From: Candidatus Pelethousia sp.
Lineage (GTDB): Bacteria > Bacillota > Clostridia > Christensenellales > CAG-138
Length of the DNA stretch: 64,000 nucleotides
NCBI GenBank assembly: GCA_034928145.1
Contig: JAYFPE010000040.1
Coordinates: 5,282-69,281, forward strand
Reading direction: 5' to 3'
Part shown: piece by piece, positions 38,601 through 49,151 of the stretch
Layout of the letters: each line of letters starts with the position of its first letter
How positions within the stretch are numbered: the first letter of the stretch is position 1
Notes under the pieces: generated by a model
What the model saw: the letters and a program-made list of their open reading frames with translations, nothing else
Databases searched by the model: none
Told to the model about the DNA's origin: nothing
Position numbers and translations under genes: made by a program

Positions 38601-39427
38601 TCTTCGGCTTGGGCGCTGCCAGCAAGTGGATATGCATCTACGCGGGGGGCGGCCTGGCGGTGATTTTTTTCACCTCCCTGGGCCAGCGCTATATGGAATA
38701 CCGCAAGCAGATCCGCAGCGGGGATGTGAAAAAGCGAGCCCAGGTAGCGCGCTTCTGGCGGCAGGCGGCGCTGACTCTTCTATGGTGCTGCCTGTTCTAC
38801 ATATTGGTGCCGGTGTGCATCTATTTGGCATCCTACCTGCCCTATGTGCTTTCCGAAATGCACTATGACCTTGGTGGTATTTGGGATTTCCAAAAGTTCA
38901 TGTTCGATTACCACAGCAACCTTACGGCTACCCACCCCTACGAATCCCCCTGGTGGCAGTGGCCGCTCAACCTGCGGCCCGTATGGTATTATGTGGGTTA
39001 TGATGTGCGCGCGGGCTATGCCTCCACCATTTCCGCCTTTGGCAACCCGGCGGTATGGTGGGCCTGCTCCTTGGGGACATTGATTTTAGCGGTGCGGTTG
39101 ATCCTGGGCAACATCCGCCAGGAAAAGGGCATGTTCGTGCTGATGGTGGCGGTTTGCGCCAACTATCTGCCGTGGGTGCTGGTGACCCGCTGCACCTTTG
39201 CCTACCACTATTTCGCCACGGTGCCCTTCCTGATTTTGTGTACGGGCTATCTCTTGTGGGAGGCGGAGGCGCGGCGCCCATCCATCGCCCCGTTCAAATG
39301 GCTGTGGCTGGGTGTAAGCATCGCCCTCTTTGCGCTGTTTTACCCGGTGATCTCCGGCCTGGCCGCGCCAGAGTGGTATATACACTGGTTGGAATGGTTG
39401 CCCAGCTGGACGTTTTTGGGCTATTGA
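35639..39427 (+). CDS. Multidomain membrane glycosyltransferase: signal peptide, CBM-like domain, GT-C module, extracellular beta domain and GT39 protein O-mannosyltransferase
   Basis: Signal peptide MRRLKAVFFAFILLLLPALALA; module 1 with DIACF, DYPPG, WGQID, KPQ and MHERY; module 2 with YFDELYH, HPPLGK, WRIVG, RIATIDVF, HPYESPWWQWP, GNPAVWW and YHY. Confidence 0.85.
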   Translation: MRRLKAVFFAFILLLLPALALAGEPVALTNADFGEVGLADGLPLGWYAESWLNGEGQYAIERTLDEAGGPALCIDNLVENDVRLCQRIPVEGGGLYRLSCEARAENVVGGAGVNVSVVDSLAASGPLLGSAGWQTISLLGRADDGQSELAVCVRLGGYGALSAGRAYFRNFRVEKLDAAPAGADVAYFGVAVAGSTEDAGAHNVNELHGGAMAVATILMAALGAWLYKAYIVRPGEGEGEKRSANAQLGLILSLAFLLRCALSLLFYGHSIDIACFMAWANTLAENGPGAFYTSGMFADYPPGYMYVLWFTGSLGKLLGLSYGGAGYVLLTKMPAILSDLGAAYLVFRMADKRFERRVALALCCAVAFNPAMAFLSGGWGQIDQVLTLLLVFALWLFLENRLELCGLAYGVAILVKPQALMAGPLLAAAYFIKIKDQGWKSALRTLWAVLLAVGSILLLSLPFGGGQGSVELSLLGMTFQGPWVLQKLLGTATSYPYASIEAFNLFSLFGGNWQNVDAPFLFSISYGQWGTACIGLSVFISIWMYIKGRRERGCLALCTAFLLAALFVLGQYMHERYLFLVLLLILISFIYYGDRRLFLCFVFFTCSLLLNSLAAFMVVKDTALRGEEYLFITRLGSALTVAAFAYFAWSCYDITVKRRTSPAFEGDRRAADIRPGLDAQKQEKDARFTKRDRLWCGALTGLYALVALLNLGTLQAPETAWQAGVREGVTIRLEKEAALSGIRVFGGLYTGAAEFTDDKGNSFAYTEDHGDMFRWAKIGGEGWETGAVTLRVTEGSVWFNEIAFFDEDGDQVPIASCEPLADAPGLADAALLIDEQDQAPAAPSYLNGMYFDELYHARTAYEHLHGLAPYENSHPPLGKVFIMLGIALFGMNTFGWRIVGTLFGIAMVPILYLFAKRLFKRSDYALLCAGLFAFDFMHFSQTRIATIDVFGVFFILLMFYFMHEYYCMNFFTDGLGATLKPLAWAGVFFGLGAASKWICIYAGGGLAVIFFTSLGQRYMEYRKQIRSGDVKKRAQVARFWRQAALTLLWCCLFYILVPVCIYLASYLPYVLSEMHYDLGGIWDFQKFMFDYHSNLTATHPYESPWWQWPLNLRPVWYYVGYDVRAGYASTISAFGNPAVWWACSLGTLILAVRLILGNIRQEKGMFVLMVAVCANYLPWVLVTRCTFAYHYFATVPFLILCTGYLLWEAEARRPSIAPFKWLWLGVSIALFALFYPVISGLAAPEWYIHWLEWLPSWTFLGY

Positions 39428-39436
39428 GGAAGGCTT

Positions 39437-39823
39437 ATGTTGCAAAAGGAAAATTTGTATCAACTGCTGCGCTTCGGCCTGGTGGGCGTGCTAAATACCC
39501 TGGTGGATTTTGGCGCCTACCAGCTTTTGGTGTGGCTGGGCCTGCATTATGTTCTGGCCCAATGCCTTTCTTATAGCTGCGGCCTGCTCAACAGCTATTT
39601 TTTCAACAGCCGCTGGACCTTCCGCCAGGAGAAGAAATACACGCAAAAAGAATTTCTGCGCTTTTTGCTGGTCAACCTTTGCGCATTGGTCCTTTCCATA
39701 CTTTTGCTTCGCCTGTGCTATGAGGTGCTGGGCATCGAGAGCAACCTCGTCGCCAAGGGTATCGTCACGGTTTTTGTGATGCTGGTCAATTTCATCGCCA
39801 ACAAGCTTTTCGTATTCAAATAA
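39437..39823 (+). CDS. GtrA-family lipid-linked sugar flippase
   Basis: RFGLVGVLNTLVD, NSYFFNSRWTF and NFIANKLFVF; four TM segments. Confidence 0.92.
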   Translation: MLQKENLYQLLRFGLVGVLNTLVDFGAYQLLVWLGLHYVLAQCLSYSCGLLNSYFFNSRWTFRQEKKYTQKEFLRFLLVNLCALVLSILLLRLCYEVLGIESNLVAKGIVTVFVMLVNFIANKLFVFK

Positions 39824-39881
39824 CGCCCGCAGCGCTTCCGTTATCTGCTATCTGCAGCCCGGCGGGCGGGGGAGGCAAACT

Positions 39882-41411
39882 ATGCTTGCAAAAATACATA
39901 GCTTTGGCCTAAGCGGCCTGCTTGGCTTTGCCGTGGAGGTAGAGGTGGACGTGAGCGCGGGCCTGCCCGCATACGATACCGTGGGCCTGCCGGATGCCGC
40001 CGTGCGCGAATCCCGCGAGCGGGTGCGCTCCGCCCTGCGCAACAGCGGCTTTGAGTTTCCCATGCGCCGCCTCACCATCAACCTGGCCCCGGCGGATATG
40101 AAAAAAGAAGGCACCCTTTATGACCTGCCCATCGCCTTGGGGATTTTGGCCGCCACGGAACAGATACCGCCGGAATCGGCGGCATCCTATCTTTTCTTGG
40201 GCGAGCTGGCCCTGGATGGGGCGGTGCGGGGCATAAACGGCGTGTTGCCCATGTTGATCAGCGCCCGGGAGAGCGGCATAAAAAGGGTGGTCGTACCCGC
40301 GGAGAACGCGGCCGAGGCCGCCCACATCGGGGATATCTCGGCCTATGCCGTGAAAAGCCTCAGCGAAGCCGCCGCCCTTTTACGCGGCCAGGCGGAGTCT
40401 GTACCCATCGCCCGGGGCGAGTGGAAGGGCGAGGCTACGGAGGGGTATAACGACTTTGCCGATATTAAGGGCCAGCAGGGAGCCAAGCGGGCTGCCGAGA
40501 TTGCCGCGGCGGGCGGGCATAACCTGCTTCTGGTGGGCACGCCGGGCAGCGGCAAAACCATGCTTGCCAAGGCCATCCCCTCCATTTTGCCGGCGCTCAC
40601 TTTTGGGGAAGCGCTGGAGATCACGAAAATCCACTCCATCATGGGCAACCTGCGGGGCTCTGACTCCATTGCCCTCAGGCGGCCCTTCCGAGCGCCGCAT
40701 CATAACGCTTCCACGGCTGCGCTGGTGGGCGGCGGCTCTAAGGCCTTGCCTGGCGAGATCAGCCTGGCGCATTTCGGCGTACTCTTTTTAGATGAATTTC
40801 CGGAGTTCCAAAAAGACGCGCTCGAAGCCCTGCGCCAGCCCATGGAGGATGGTATGGTCACCATCACCCGGGCGGCCATGCGGGCAAGCTACCCGACGCA
40901 ATTCATGCTGGTGGCCGCCATGAACCCCTGCCCCTGCGGCTATTATGGCGGCAGGCAGGACAGGTGCCGCTGCACGCCCGCCCAGATCAGCCGCTACCGT
41001 GGCCGGATCTCCGGGCCGATGCTGGACCGCATCGACCTGCATGTGGAAATGACGGAGGTGGGCTATGAGGATATCGCGGGCCGTGCGCCGGGCGAACCCA
41101 GCGCCGCCATTAGGGCCCGGGTGGATGCTGCGCGCGACCGCCAGCGGGCGCGCTACCAGGGCGAGGGCATCCTCTTCAACGCCCAGCTTACGGAGGCGCA
41201 GATGCAGCGCTTTTGCCCCTTAGATGATAAGGCCGAGGCTCTTTTGAGGCGGGCCTTCACCGCGCTTGACCTGAGCGCCCGGGCTTACGGCCGGGTTCGC
41301 AAGGTGGCCCGCACCATCGCCGATGTGGAGGGCAGCGAGGTCATAAGGCCGGAGCACATCGCCGAAGCTGTGCAATATCGGAGTTTAGATCGCAAATATT
41401 GGGGAGGATAG
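39882..41411 (+). CDS. comM: YifB/ComM Mg-chelatase-like AAA+ ATPase
   Basis: VGLPDAAVRESRERV, GTPGSGKTM, PFRAPHH, LFLDE, NPCPCG and SGPMLDRID motifs. Confidence 0.95.
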   Translation: MLAKIHSFGLSGLLGFAVEVEVDVSAGLPAYDTVGLPDAAVRESRERVRSALRNSGFEFPMRRLTINLAPADMKKEGTLYDLPIALGILAATEQIPPESAASYLFLGELALDGAVRGINGVLPMLISARESGIKRVVVPAENAAEAAHIGDISAYAVKSLSEAAALLRGQAESVPIARGEWKGEATEGYNDFADIKGQQGAKRAAEIAAAGGHNLLLVGTPGSGKTMLAKAIPSILPALTFGEALEITKIHSIMGNLRGSDSIALRRPFRAPHHNASTAALVGGGSKALPGEISLAHFGVLFLDEFPEFQKDALEALRQPMEDGMVTITRAAMRASYPTQFMLVAAMNPCPCGYYGGRQDRCRCTPAQISRYRGRISGPMLDRIDLHVEMTEVGYEDIAGRAPGEPSAAIRARVDAARDRQRARYQGEGILFNAQLTEAQMQRFCPLDDKAEALLRRAFTALDLSARAYGRVRKVARTIADVEGSEVIRPEHIAEAVQYRSLDRKYWGG

Positions 41412-41414
41412 GCC

Positions 41415-42521
41415 ATGCAGGAGGAAGCGCGCAGATACCGCCTTTGGCTCAGCTTTGTGCTGGGCACGGCCCACGCCCGCGTTCAAGCGTTGCTGGATGC
41501 ATACGAGGGCGACGGCAAGGCCGTTTTCCGCGAGGCGGCGCTGGGCTGCCTGCCCGGCGCGATCCAGCGGGAGTTGGAGGGGAATGCCCTGTTGCAGCAG
41601 AAGGCCAGTGAAGCCTATATCGACCAATGCCTAGGGTATATGGCCCGCCACGGCATCGAGGCCGTGCTGCTGGAGGATGAAAACTACCCTGCGCTCTTGC
41701 GCCACATCTACCGCCCGCCCACAGCGCTGTATGTGCGGGGGCGATTGCCCAAGCGCATCCCGCTGCCTCTGGCGCTGATCGGTTCGCGCAAATGCACGGA
41801 TTACGGCAGGCAGATGGCCTTGGCGCTTTCCAAAGAGCTGGCGGAGCAGGGCGTATGCGTGGTATCCGGCCTCGCTTACGGCATTGACTGCCTCTGCGCC
41901 CAGGGCGCGCTGGCAGCGGAGGGGAACGATTTTCCGACCATCGCCGTGCTGGGCGGCGGGGTGGATGTGGTTTACCCGGCTGCCAATCGAAGGGAATACG
42001 ACCTGATCGTGGAGCGGGGGGCCGTGGTATCCGAGCATTTGCCGGGCACCAAACCGCTGGCCGCGCATTTCCCCCAGCGTAACCGCATCATCAGCGGCAT
42101 CAGCCGCGGCGTGGTCGTCATCGAGGCGGCAAAGCAAAGCGGTACCAGCATCACCGTGGATTGCGCCCTTGAGCAGGGGCGGGACGTGTTCGCCCTGCCG
42201 GGCAGGCTCACGGATATCACCAGCGAGGGCGCCAACCGCATGATCAGCGAAGGCACGGCCAAAGCCGTAAACGGCGCTAAAGATATTTTAGAGGAATACG
42301 GCGTGGAAATAAAAGCGAAAGAGCCTGTGAAAACGGTGGATGAAAGCGCCCTTTCCTTTGAGCAAACGCTGATCCTTAGGCTGCTGCAGGCGGGGGAGCG
42401 CAGCGCCGACGATTTGGCCGAAATGACGGGCTTTTCCCCCTCGGTTTTAAATTTCGCCTTGACAGACATGGAATTTTCGGGAATAATTAAGCAATCGCGC
42501 GGCAGGCTCTATAGCCTGTGA
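41415..42521 (+). CDS. dprA: DNA processing protein DprA
   Basis: IGSR, VSGLAYGID, FPQRNRIISG, EA..SG..IT and GRDVFALPG motifs. Confidence 0.95.
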   Translation: MQEEARRYRLWLSFVLGTAHARVQALLDAYEGDGKAVFREAALGCLPGAIQRELEGNALLQQKASEAYIDQCLGYMARHGIEAVLLEDENYPALLRHIYRPPTALYVRGRLPKRIPLPLALIGSRKCTDYGRQMALALSKELAEQGVCVVSGLAYGIDCLCAQGALAAEGNDFPTIAVLGGGVDVVYPAANRREYDLIVERGAVVSEHLPGTKPLAAHFPQRNRIISGISRGVVVIEAAKQSGTSITVDCALEQGRDVFALPGRLTDITSEGANRMISEGTAKAVNGAKDILEEYGVEIKAKEPVKTVDESALSFEQTLILRLLQAGERSADDLAEMTGFSPSVLNFALTDMEFSGIIKQSRGRLYSL

Positions 42522-42608
42522 GCGGCGCGGTCACCGATCAAGGGAATCGATTCTAAAATTGATCAAAATATTGCAAACGGTGTGCAGCATGTGGAGGTAG
42601 TCGCTTAG

Positions 42609-44703
42609 ATGGCGGAAACGTTAGTGATCGTCGAGTCCCCGGCAAAGGCCAAGACGATAGGCAAGTTTTTAGGTACGAAATATAAGGTGGTGGCCTCCAA
42701 CGGTCACGTGCGGGATCTACCCAAGAGCCAGTTGGGTGTGGATGTGGAGCATGACTTCTCGCCCAAATACATCACCCTCAGAGGCAGGGGCGATGTGCTC
42801 GAGACCATCCGCAGAGAGGCCAAGGCCGCCAAAAAGATATATCTCGCAACCGACCCCGATATGGAAGGGGAAGCCATCAGCTGGCATTTGGCGCAGATTC
42901 TCAAGCTGGATCCGGATTCCAAGTGCCGCATCGAGTTTAATGAGATTACCGCGAACACAGTGAAAAACAGCGTAAAATCCGCCAGAGCTATCGATATGCA
43001 TTTGGTGGACGCGCAGCAGGCCCGCCGCGTGCTCGACCGATTGGTCGGTTATAAGATCAGCCCCATCCTCTGGGCCAAGGTGCGCCGGGGCCTGAGCGCG
43101 GGCCGGGTTCAATCCGTGGCCTGCCGCATCCTGTGCGACCGCGAAAAGGAGATTATGGATTTCATTCCGGAGGAATTCTGGAACATCACCGCCCTTTTGA
43201 AGCATAAGGACAGCCGCAAGCCCCTATCCGCCAAGTTCTATGGCTATGGCGATAAAAAAACCGATATTCACAACGCGCAAGAGGCCCAGGCCGTGGTGGA
43301 TGCCTCCACGCGGGCCGATTTTACAGTAACGGATATCAAGGTTAGCGAGCGGGTGCGCCACGCGCCGCCGCCCTTTACCACCAGCAGCCTGCAGCAGGAG
43401 GCCAGCCGCAAGCTGGGCTTCACCACCAAGCTTACCATGCTCATCGCCCAGCAGCTCTACGAGGGCGTGGAGATCGCCGGCCAGGGCGTGACGGGCCTTA
43501 TCACCTATATCCGTACGGACTCCGTGCGCATCGCCCAGGAGGCGCAGAGCCAGGCGCTGGAGCATATCGCCGCTGCCTACGGCGCGCCGTATGTACCGGC
43601 CAAGCCTAATCTATATAAGGGCCGCAAAGGCGCGCAGGATGCGCACGAGGCCATCCGGCCCTCTAGCGTGCTCAACAGGCCGCAGGACGTGAAGGCCTCC
43701 CTCAACAACAACCAATACAAACTCTATAAGCTGATCTACGAGCGCTTCCTGGCCAGCCAGATGAGCGAGGCCAAATATGAGGTAAGCGCCGTTTCCTTTG
43801 GCTCTGACGGCTGCACCTACAAAGCCACAGGCACGCGCACCCTCTTCAACGGCTATACCGTCGTTTATACGGAAGGCCGGGACGAGGCCGAGGAAGCGGA
43901 GACCACCCTGCCCAAGCTGAGCATGGGCGAAAAGCTAGCCCTCGAACGCATAGAGCAAGAGCAGAAATTCACCCAGCCGCCGCCCCGCTATACGGAGGCT
44001 TCCTTGGTTAAAACGCTGGAAGAGAAGGGCATCGGCCGCCCCAGCACCTATGCGCCAACCATCTCCACCATCATCGAGCGGGGCTACGTGCAACGGGAGA
44101 AAAAACAGCTGATCCCCACAGAGCTGGGCTTCGTGGTCACACAGATCATGAAGGAAAACTTTCAGGATATCGTGGATGTGAAATTCACAGCCGATATGGA
44201 GACCAAGCTGGACCGGGTCAAGGATGGCGAGCAGGAGTGGAAAGACGTAATCCGCCGCTTCTACGGCCCCTTTGAGGAAACGGTGGTCAAGGCCTCTGAG
44301 AGCATCGAGAAGGTAGTCATCGCGGACGAGGTATCGGATATCCCCTGTGAAAAGTGCGGGGCCATGATGGTCTACAAGATGGGCCGTTTCGGCAAGTTCC
44401 TGGCCTGCCCCAATTTCCCCGAATGCCGCAACACCAAGGCGATCGTGGAAAAGATCGACGTAGCCTGCCCGCAATGCGGCGCGGCCCTCATCAAGCGCAA
44501 GTCCAAGCGCGGCAAAGTCTTTTATGGCTGCGAACGCTACCCGGATTGCAGCTTCGTCTCCTGGGATCGGCCCGCCAAGGAGAAATGCCCGGCCTGCGGC
44601 CAGATGATGGTGCATAAGCTGGGCCAGAACGGGGGCTATACCGTTTGCACCAATAAAGAATGCGGGCATGTGGTGCGGCCGCAAAAAAAGGATAAGGACG
44701 AGA

Positions 44704-44711
<8 letters not shown>
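42609..44711 (+). CDS. topA: DNA topoisomerase I
   Basis: IVESPAKAKTI, TOPRIM DPDxEGE, SAGRVQS, ITYIRTD, GIGRPSTY and C-terminal Zn ribbons. Confidence 0.98.
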
Positions 44712-46029
<1,318 letters not shown>

Positions 46030-46149
46030 AGGTAAAAGAGGAGGGTCTCGCCAAGCGCGAATCTATGGTATTATTGTAAAAAACCGAATCACGTAAAACC
46101 TGCGCCAAGGCGCGTTGTTTGATCGAAAAGATCGAAAGGGAAGGAATAT

Positions 46150-46683
46150 ATGACGCTGGAGGGAACGACGATCGTGGCCGTACGCCGGGATGGCAAATGC
46201 GCTGTAGCCGGGGATGGCCAGGTGACCATGGGCGAGAAGACCATCATGAAGGGCACGGCCCGCAAGGTGCGCAGGCTCTACAACGACAAAGTGGTGGTGG
46301 GCTTCGCAGGCTCTGTTGCGGATGCGTTTTCGCTCTGCGAACGCTTTGAAACCAAGCTTACCAAATATAGCGGCAGCCTGAAGCGGGCGGCCGTGAGCCT
46401 GGCGCAGGATTGGCGGGGCGATAAGGCCATGCGCCAGTTGGAGGCCCTGCTGATTGCCGCGGACGCCGAGGAACTGCTTATCATCTCCGGCACGGGCGAG
46501 GTCATCGATCCGGACGACGGCATCGCCGCTATCGGCTCGGGCGGTATGTACGCTATGGCCGCAGCAAAAGCCCTCAAAGAGAATACAGACCTTGGCGCAA
46601 AAGAGATCGCGCAAAAGGCCATTGAAATCGCTTCGCAGATCTGCGTGTTTACCAACGGCAATATCACGCTGGAGGAAGTATGA
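46150..46683 (+). CDS. hslV: ATP-dependent protease subunit HslV
   Basis: [23 protein letters not shown] and IGSGG motifs. Confidence 0.97.
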   Translation: MTLEGTTIVAVRRDGKCAVAGDGQVTMGEKTIMKGTARKVRRLYNDKVVVGFAGSVADAFSLCERFETKLTKYSGSLKRAAVSLAQDWRGDKAMRQLEALLIAADAEELLIISGTGEVIDPDDGIAAIGSGGMYAMAAAKALKENTDLGAKEIAQKAIEIASQICVFTNGNITLEEV

Positions 46684-48068
46684 TGATGACGCCGAGAGAA
46701 ACAGTCGAGGCACTGGATAAATACATCATCGGCCAGGATGAGGCCAAGCGCGCGGTGGCCATCGCCCTGCGCAATCGCTACCGCCGCAGCCGCCTGCCCG
46801 AGGAGCTGCGCGAGGAAATTACCCCCAAAAACATCATTATGATGGGCCCGACTGGCGTTGGTAAAACCGAGATCGCCCGCAGGCTCGCCAAGCTGGTGGA
46901 TGCGCCGCTGGTTAAGGTGGAGGCCACCAAATTCACAGAGGTAGGCTATGTGGGCCGGGATGTGGATAGCATGGTGCGCGACCTGGTAGAGGCGTCCATC
47001 CGTCTTTGCAAGGAGCGCAAGGCCCAGGCCATGCGCGTTGTGGCCGAGGCCGCGGCGGAGCAGCGGTTGATCGAGCTTTTGCTTCCCGGGCAAAAGAAAA
47101 AGGGGGCTTCCGGCCCGGTGAACCCGCTGCAATTCTTGTTGGGCAGCGGCGGCGGCCAGCCCGCCGAGCCCGAGCTTAGCGAGGAAGAAAAGGCCCGCAG
47201 ATCCACCCTGCGCGGGGAAGTGGCCGCCAAGCTGCGCACCGGGCAACTGGAAGACGAAATGATAGAGGTGGAGGTCGAGCAACAGCCCACCGGCGGCGCG
47301 ATGATGGCCATGGGCATCGATATCGACCTTAACGAGATGATGGGCGGCCTGATCCCGCCCAAAAAGAAAAAGCGCCGGGTCAGCGTCAAGGAAGCCCGCC
47401 GCATCCTCATCCAGGATGAAACGGAAAAGCTCATCGATATGGATGAGGTCACAAGAGAGGCTGTAGAAAAGGCCGAGCAGGACGGAATCATTTTTATCGA
47501 CGAGATCGATAAGATCGCCTCTGCCCAGCAGATGGGCGGGCCGGATGTTTCCCGCGAGGGCGTGCAGCGCGATATCCTGCCCATCGTGGAGGGCTGCACG
47601 GTGAATACCAAATACGGCCCCGTGAAAACGGACTTTATGCTCTTTATCGCCGCCGGGGCCTTCCACGTGGCCAAGGTGACGGATTTGATCCCCGAGTTGC
47701 AGGGCCGTTTTCCCATTCGGGTGGAATTAGCCGCCCTCACGGCGGAGGATTACAAGCGCATCCTCACCCAACCGGAGCACGCCATCACCAAGCAATACGC
47801 GGCTCTGCTCAAAACGGACAACATCGTTTTAACCTTTGCGGAGGGCGCGCTCACCGCCATCGCCCAATATGCCTATAACGCCAACGAGACCAGCGAGAAC
47901 ATCGGCGCGCGGCGGCTGCACACCATTATGGAAAACCTATTGGAAGACATCTCCTTCAATGCGGGCGGCGATTACCCTATCACCAAGGTGGAGGTAGACG
48001 AAGCCTATGTAAAGGAGCATATATCCAAACAATACCAAAGCGAGGATCTGCAAAAGTTTATTCTGTGA
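46680..48068 (+). CDS. hslU: ATP-dependent protease ATPase subunit HslU
   Basis: [30 protein letters not shown] and NIGARRL motifs. Confidence 0.97.
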   Translation: MMMTPRETVEALDKYIIGQDEAKRAVAIALRNRYRRSRLPEELREEITPKNIIMMGPTGVGKTEIARRLAKLVDAPLVKVEATKFTEVGYVGRDVDSMVRDLVEASIRLCKERKAQAMRVVAEAAAEQRLIELLLPGQKKKGASGPVNPLQFLLGSGGGQPAEPELSEEEKARRSTLRGEVAAKLRTGQLEDEMIEVEVEQQPTGGAMMAMGIDIDLNEMMGGLIPPKKKKRRVSVKEARRILIQDETEKLIDMDEVTREAVEKAEQDGIIFIDEIDKIASAQQMGGPDVSREGVQRDILPIVEGCTVNTKYGPVKTDFMLFIAAGAFHVAKVTDLIPELQGRFPIRVELAALTAEDYKRILTQPEHAITKQYAALLKTDNIVLTFAEGALTAIAQYAYNANETSENIGARRLHTIMENLLEDISFNAGGDYPITKVEVDEAYVKEHISKQYQSEDLQKFIL

Positions 48069-49069
48069 TGAAAACGAGAAGGCTCTTCAACCGCATACTC
48101 TGCCTAGCCTTGGCGCTGCTTTTTTCCGGCTGCGCGGCCGCCGCCACCACGGCTAACGTGGTGCTGGTCGAGCCGCCCCGCATTGCCGAAACGCCCGCGC
48201 CGCTGACCCCTGTTGCCGCGCAGGCGGCGCTGCCGGTGGAAACGCTGCTGGAGCCGGGCGTGGAAGGCTACCTGGTGCAGATCTCCCCGCCGCCGGATAC
48301 GGTCGCGCCGGAGCCTGCCGCCTCCCCATGGGAGGCTGCGGAGCCGGAAGCTTCGGCTTCCCCCGCGCCCACAGAGGAACCCTCGCCCACGCCCAAGCAA
48401 ACGGCGAAGCCTTCGCCCACCCCGGACTACACGGTGGAAGAGCTGGAGGAATACCTCGACGGCTATGTGAATTCCAAAACCATCAACCTGCGCAAAGGGC
48501 CGGGCACGGATTACGAAGTGCTGGGCGAGTATGAGCGCTACGACGAGCTGCTGGTTACGGGCACCTGTGAGGAATGGTACCGGGTGAAGCTGGATGGCCT
48601 TAGAGGCTACATGCTGATGGAGTATGTGACCATCGGCAGCACGCCCACGCCTACCCCCAAAGCGACGGACAAGCCCAGGGCCACCGCCACCCCCGAACCT
48701 GTGGCGACCGAAGCGCCCAGCGCCTCTTTTTCCGATGAGGACGAGCTGTATCTGGCGGCCCAGGTCGTTTATAAAGAAGGAGACAGCGAAAGCTATGTGG
48801 CTGTGGCCAATGTGATCTACAACCGGGTGCAGAGCAGCCGCTTCCCCGATACGATCTATGACGTGGTCTATCAGAAAAATCAATTTTCCACCGACAGCCT
48901 CAAATCGCCCTCCAGCGCAGCCAAGGCGGCCGTGCAGCAGATATTCGTGGAGAAGAACCTGATCCTTCCTGCCGAGGTGCTGTATTTCCAAGCCGCCAGC
49001 CGCGGCACCAGCCGCAGCGGCTACAATTACTACGCCACCTTTGGCGGCAACGTATTTTTCTACAAATAG
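48068..49069 (+). CDS. Lipoprotein with bacterial SH3 domain and SleB/CwlJ-like (Hydrolase_2) cell-wall hydrolase domain
   Basis: Lipobox LFSGC; Pro/Thr/Glu linkers; SH3b INLRKGPGTDY...WYRV..G..GY; LAAQVVYKE, AVANVIYNRV..FPDTI..VVYQKNQF. Confidence 0.85.
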   Translation: MKTRRLFNRILCLALALLFSGCAAAATTANVVLVEPPRIAETPAPLTPVAAQAALPVETLLEPGVEGYLVQISPPPDTVAPEPAASPWEAAEPEASASPAPTEEPSPTPKQTAKPSPTPDYTVEELEEYLDGYVNSKTINLRKGPGTDYEVLGEYERYDELLVTGTCEEWYRVKLDGLRGYMLMEYVTIGSTPTPTPKATDKPRATATPEPVATEAPSASFSDEDELYLAAQVVYKEGDSESYVAVANVIYNRVQSSRFPDTIYDVVYQKNQFSTDSLKSPSSAAKAAVQQIFVEKNLILPAEVLYFQAASRGTSRSGYNYYATFGGNVFFYK

Positions 49070-49151
49070 CGCCCCTTTATGCGCAAATAGAAAGAACCAT
49101 ACCGGCAAAGAATAATACCGCTACTTCGTTTGGAAAGGCGGTATTTTTCGT

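Noticed and set aside
35191-42521. yraN-comM-dprA as a novel defence system
   Set aside because: This is a well-known conserved natural-transformation/recombination neighbourhood.
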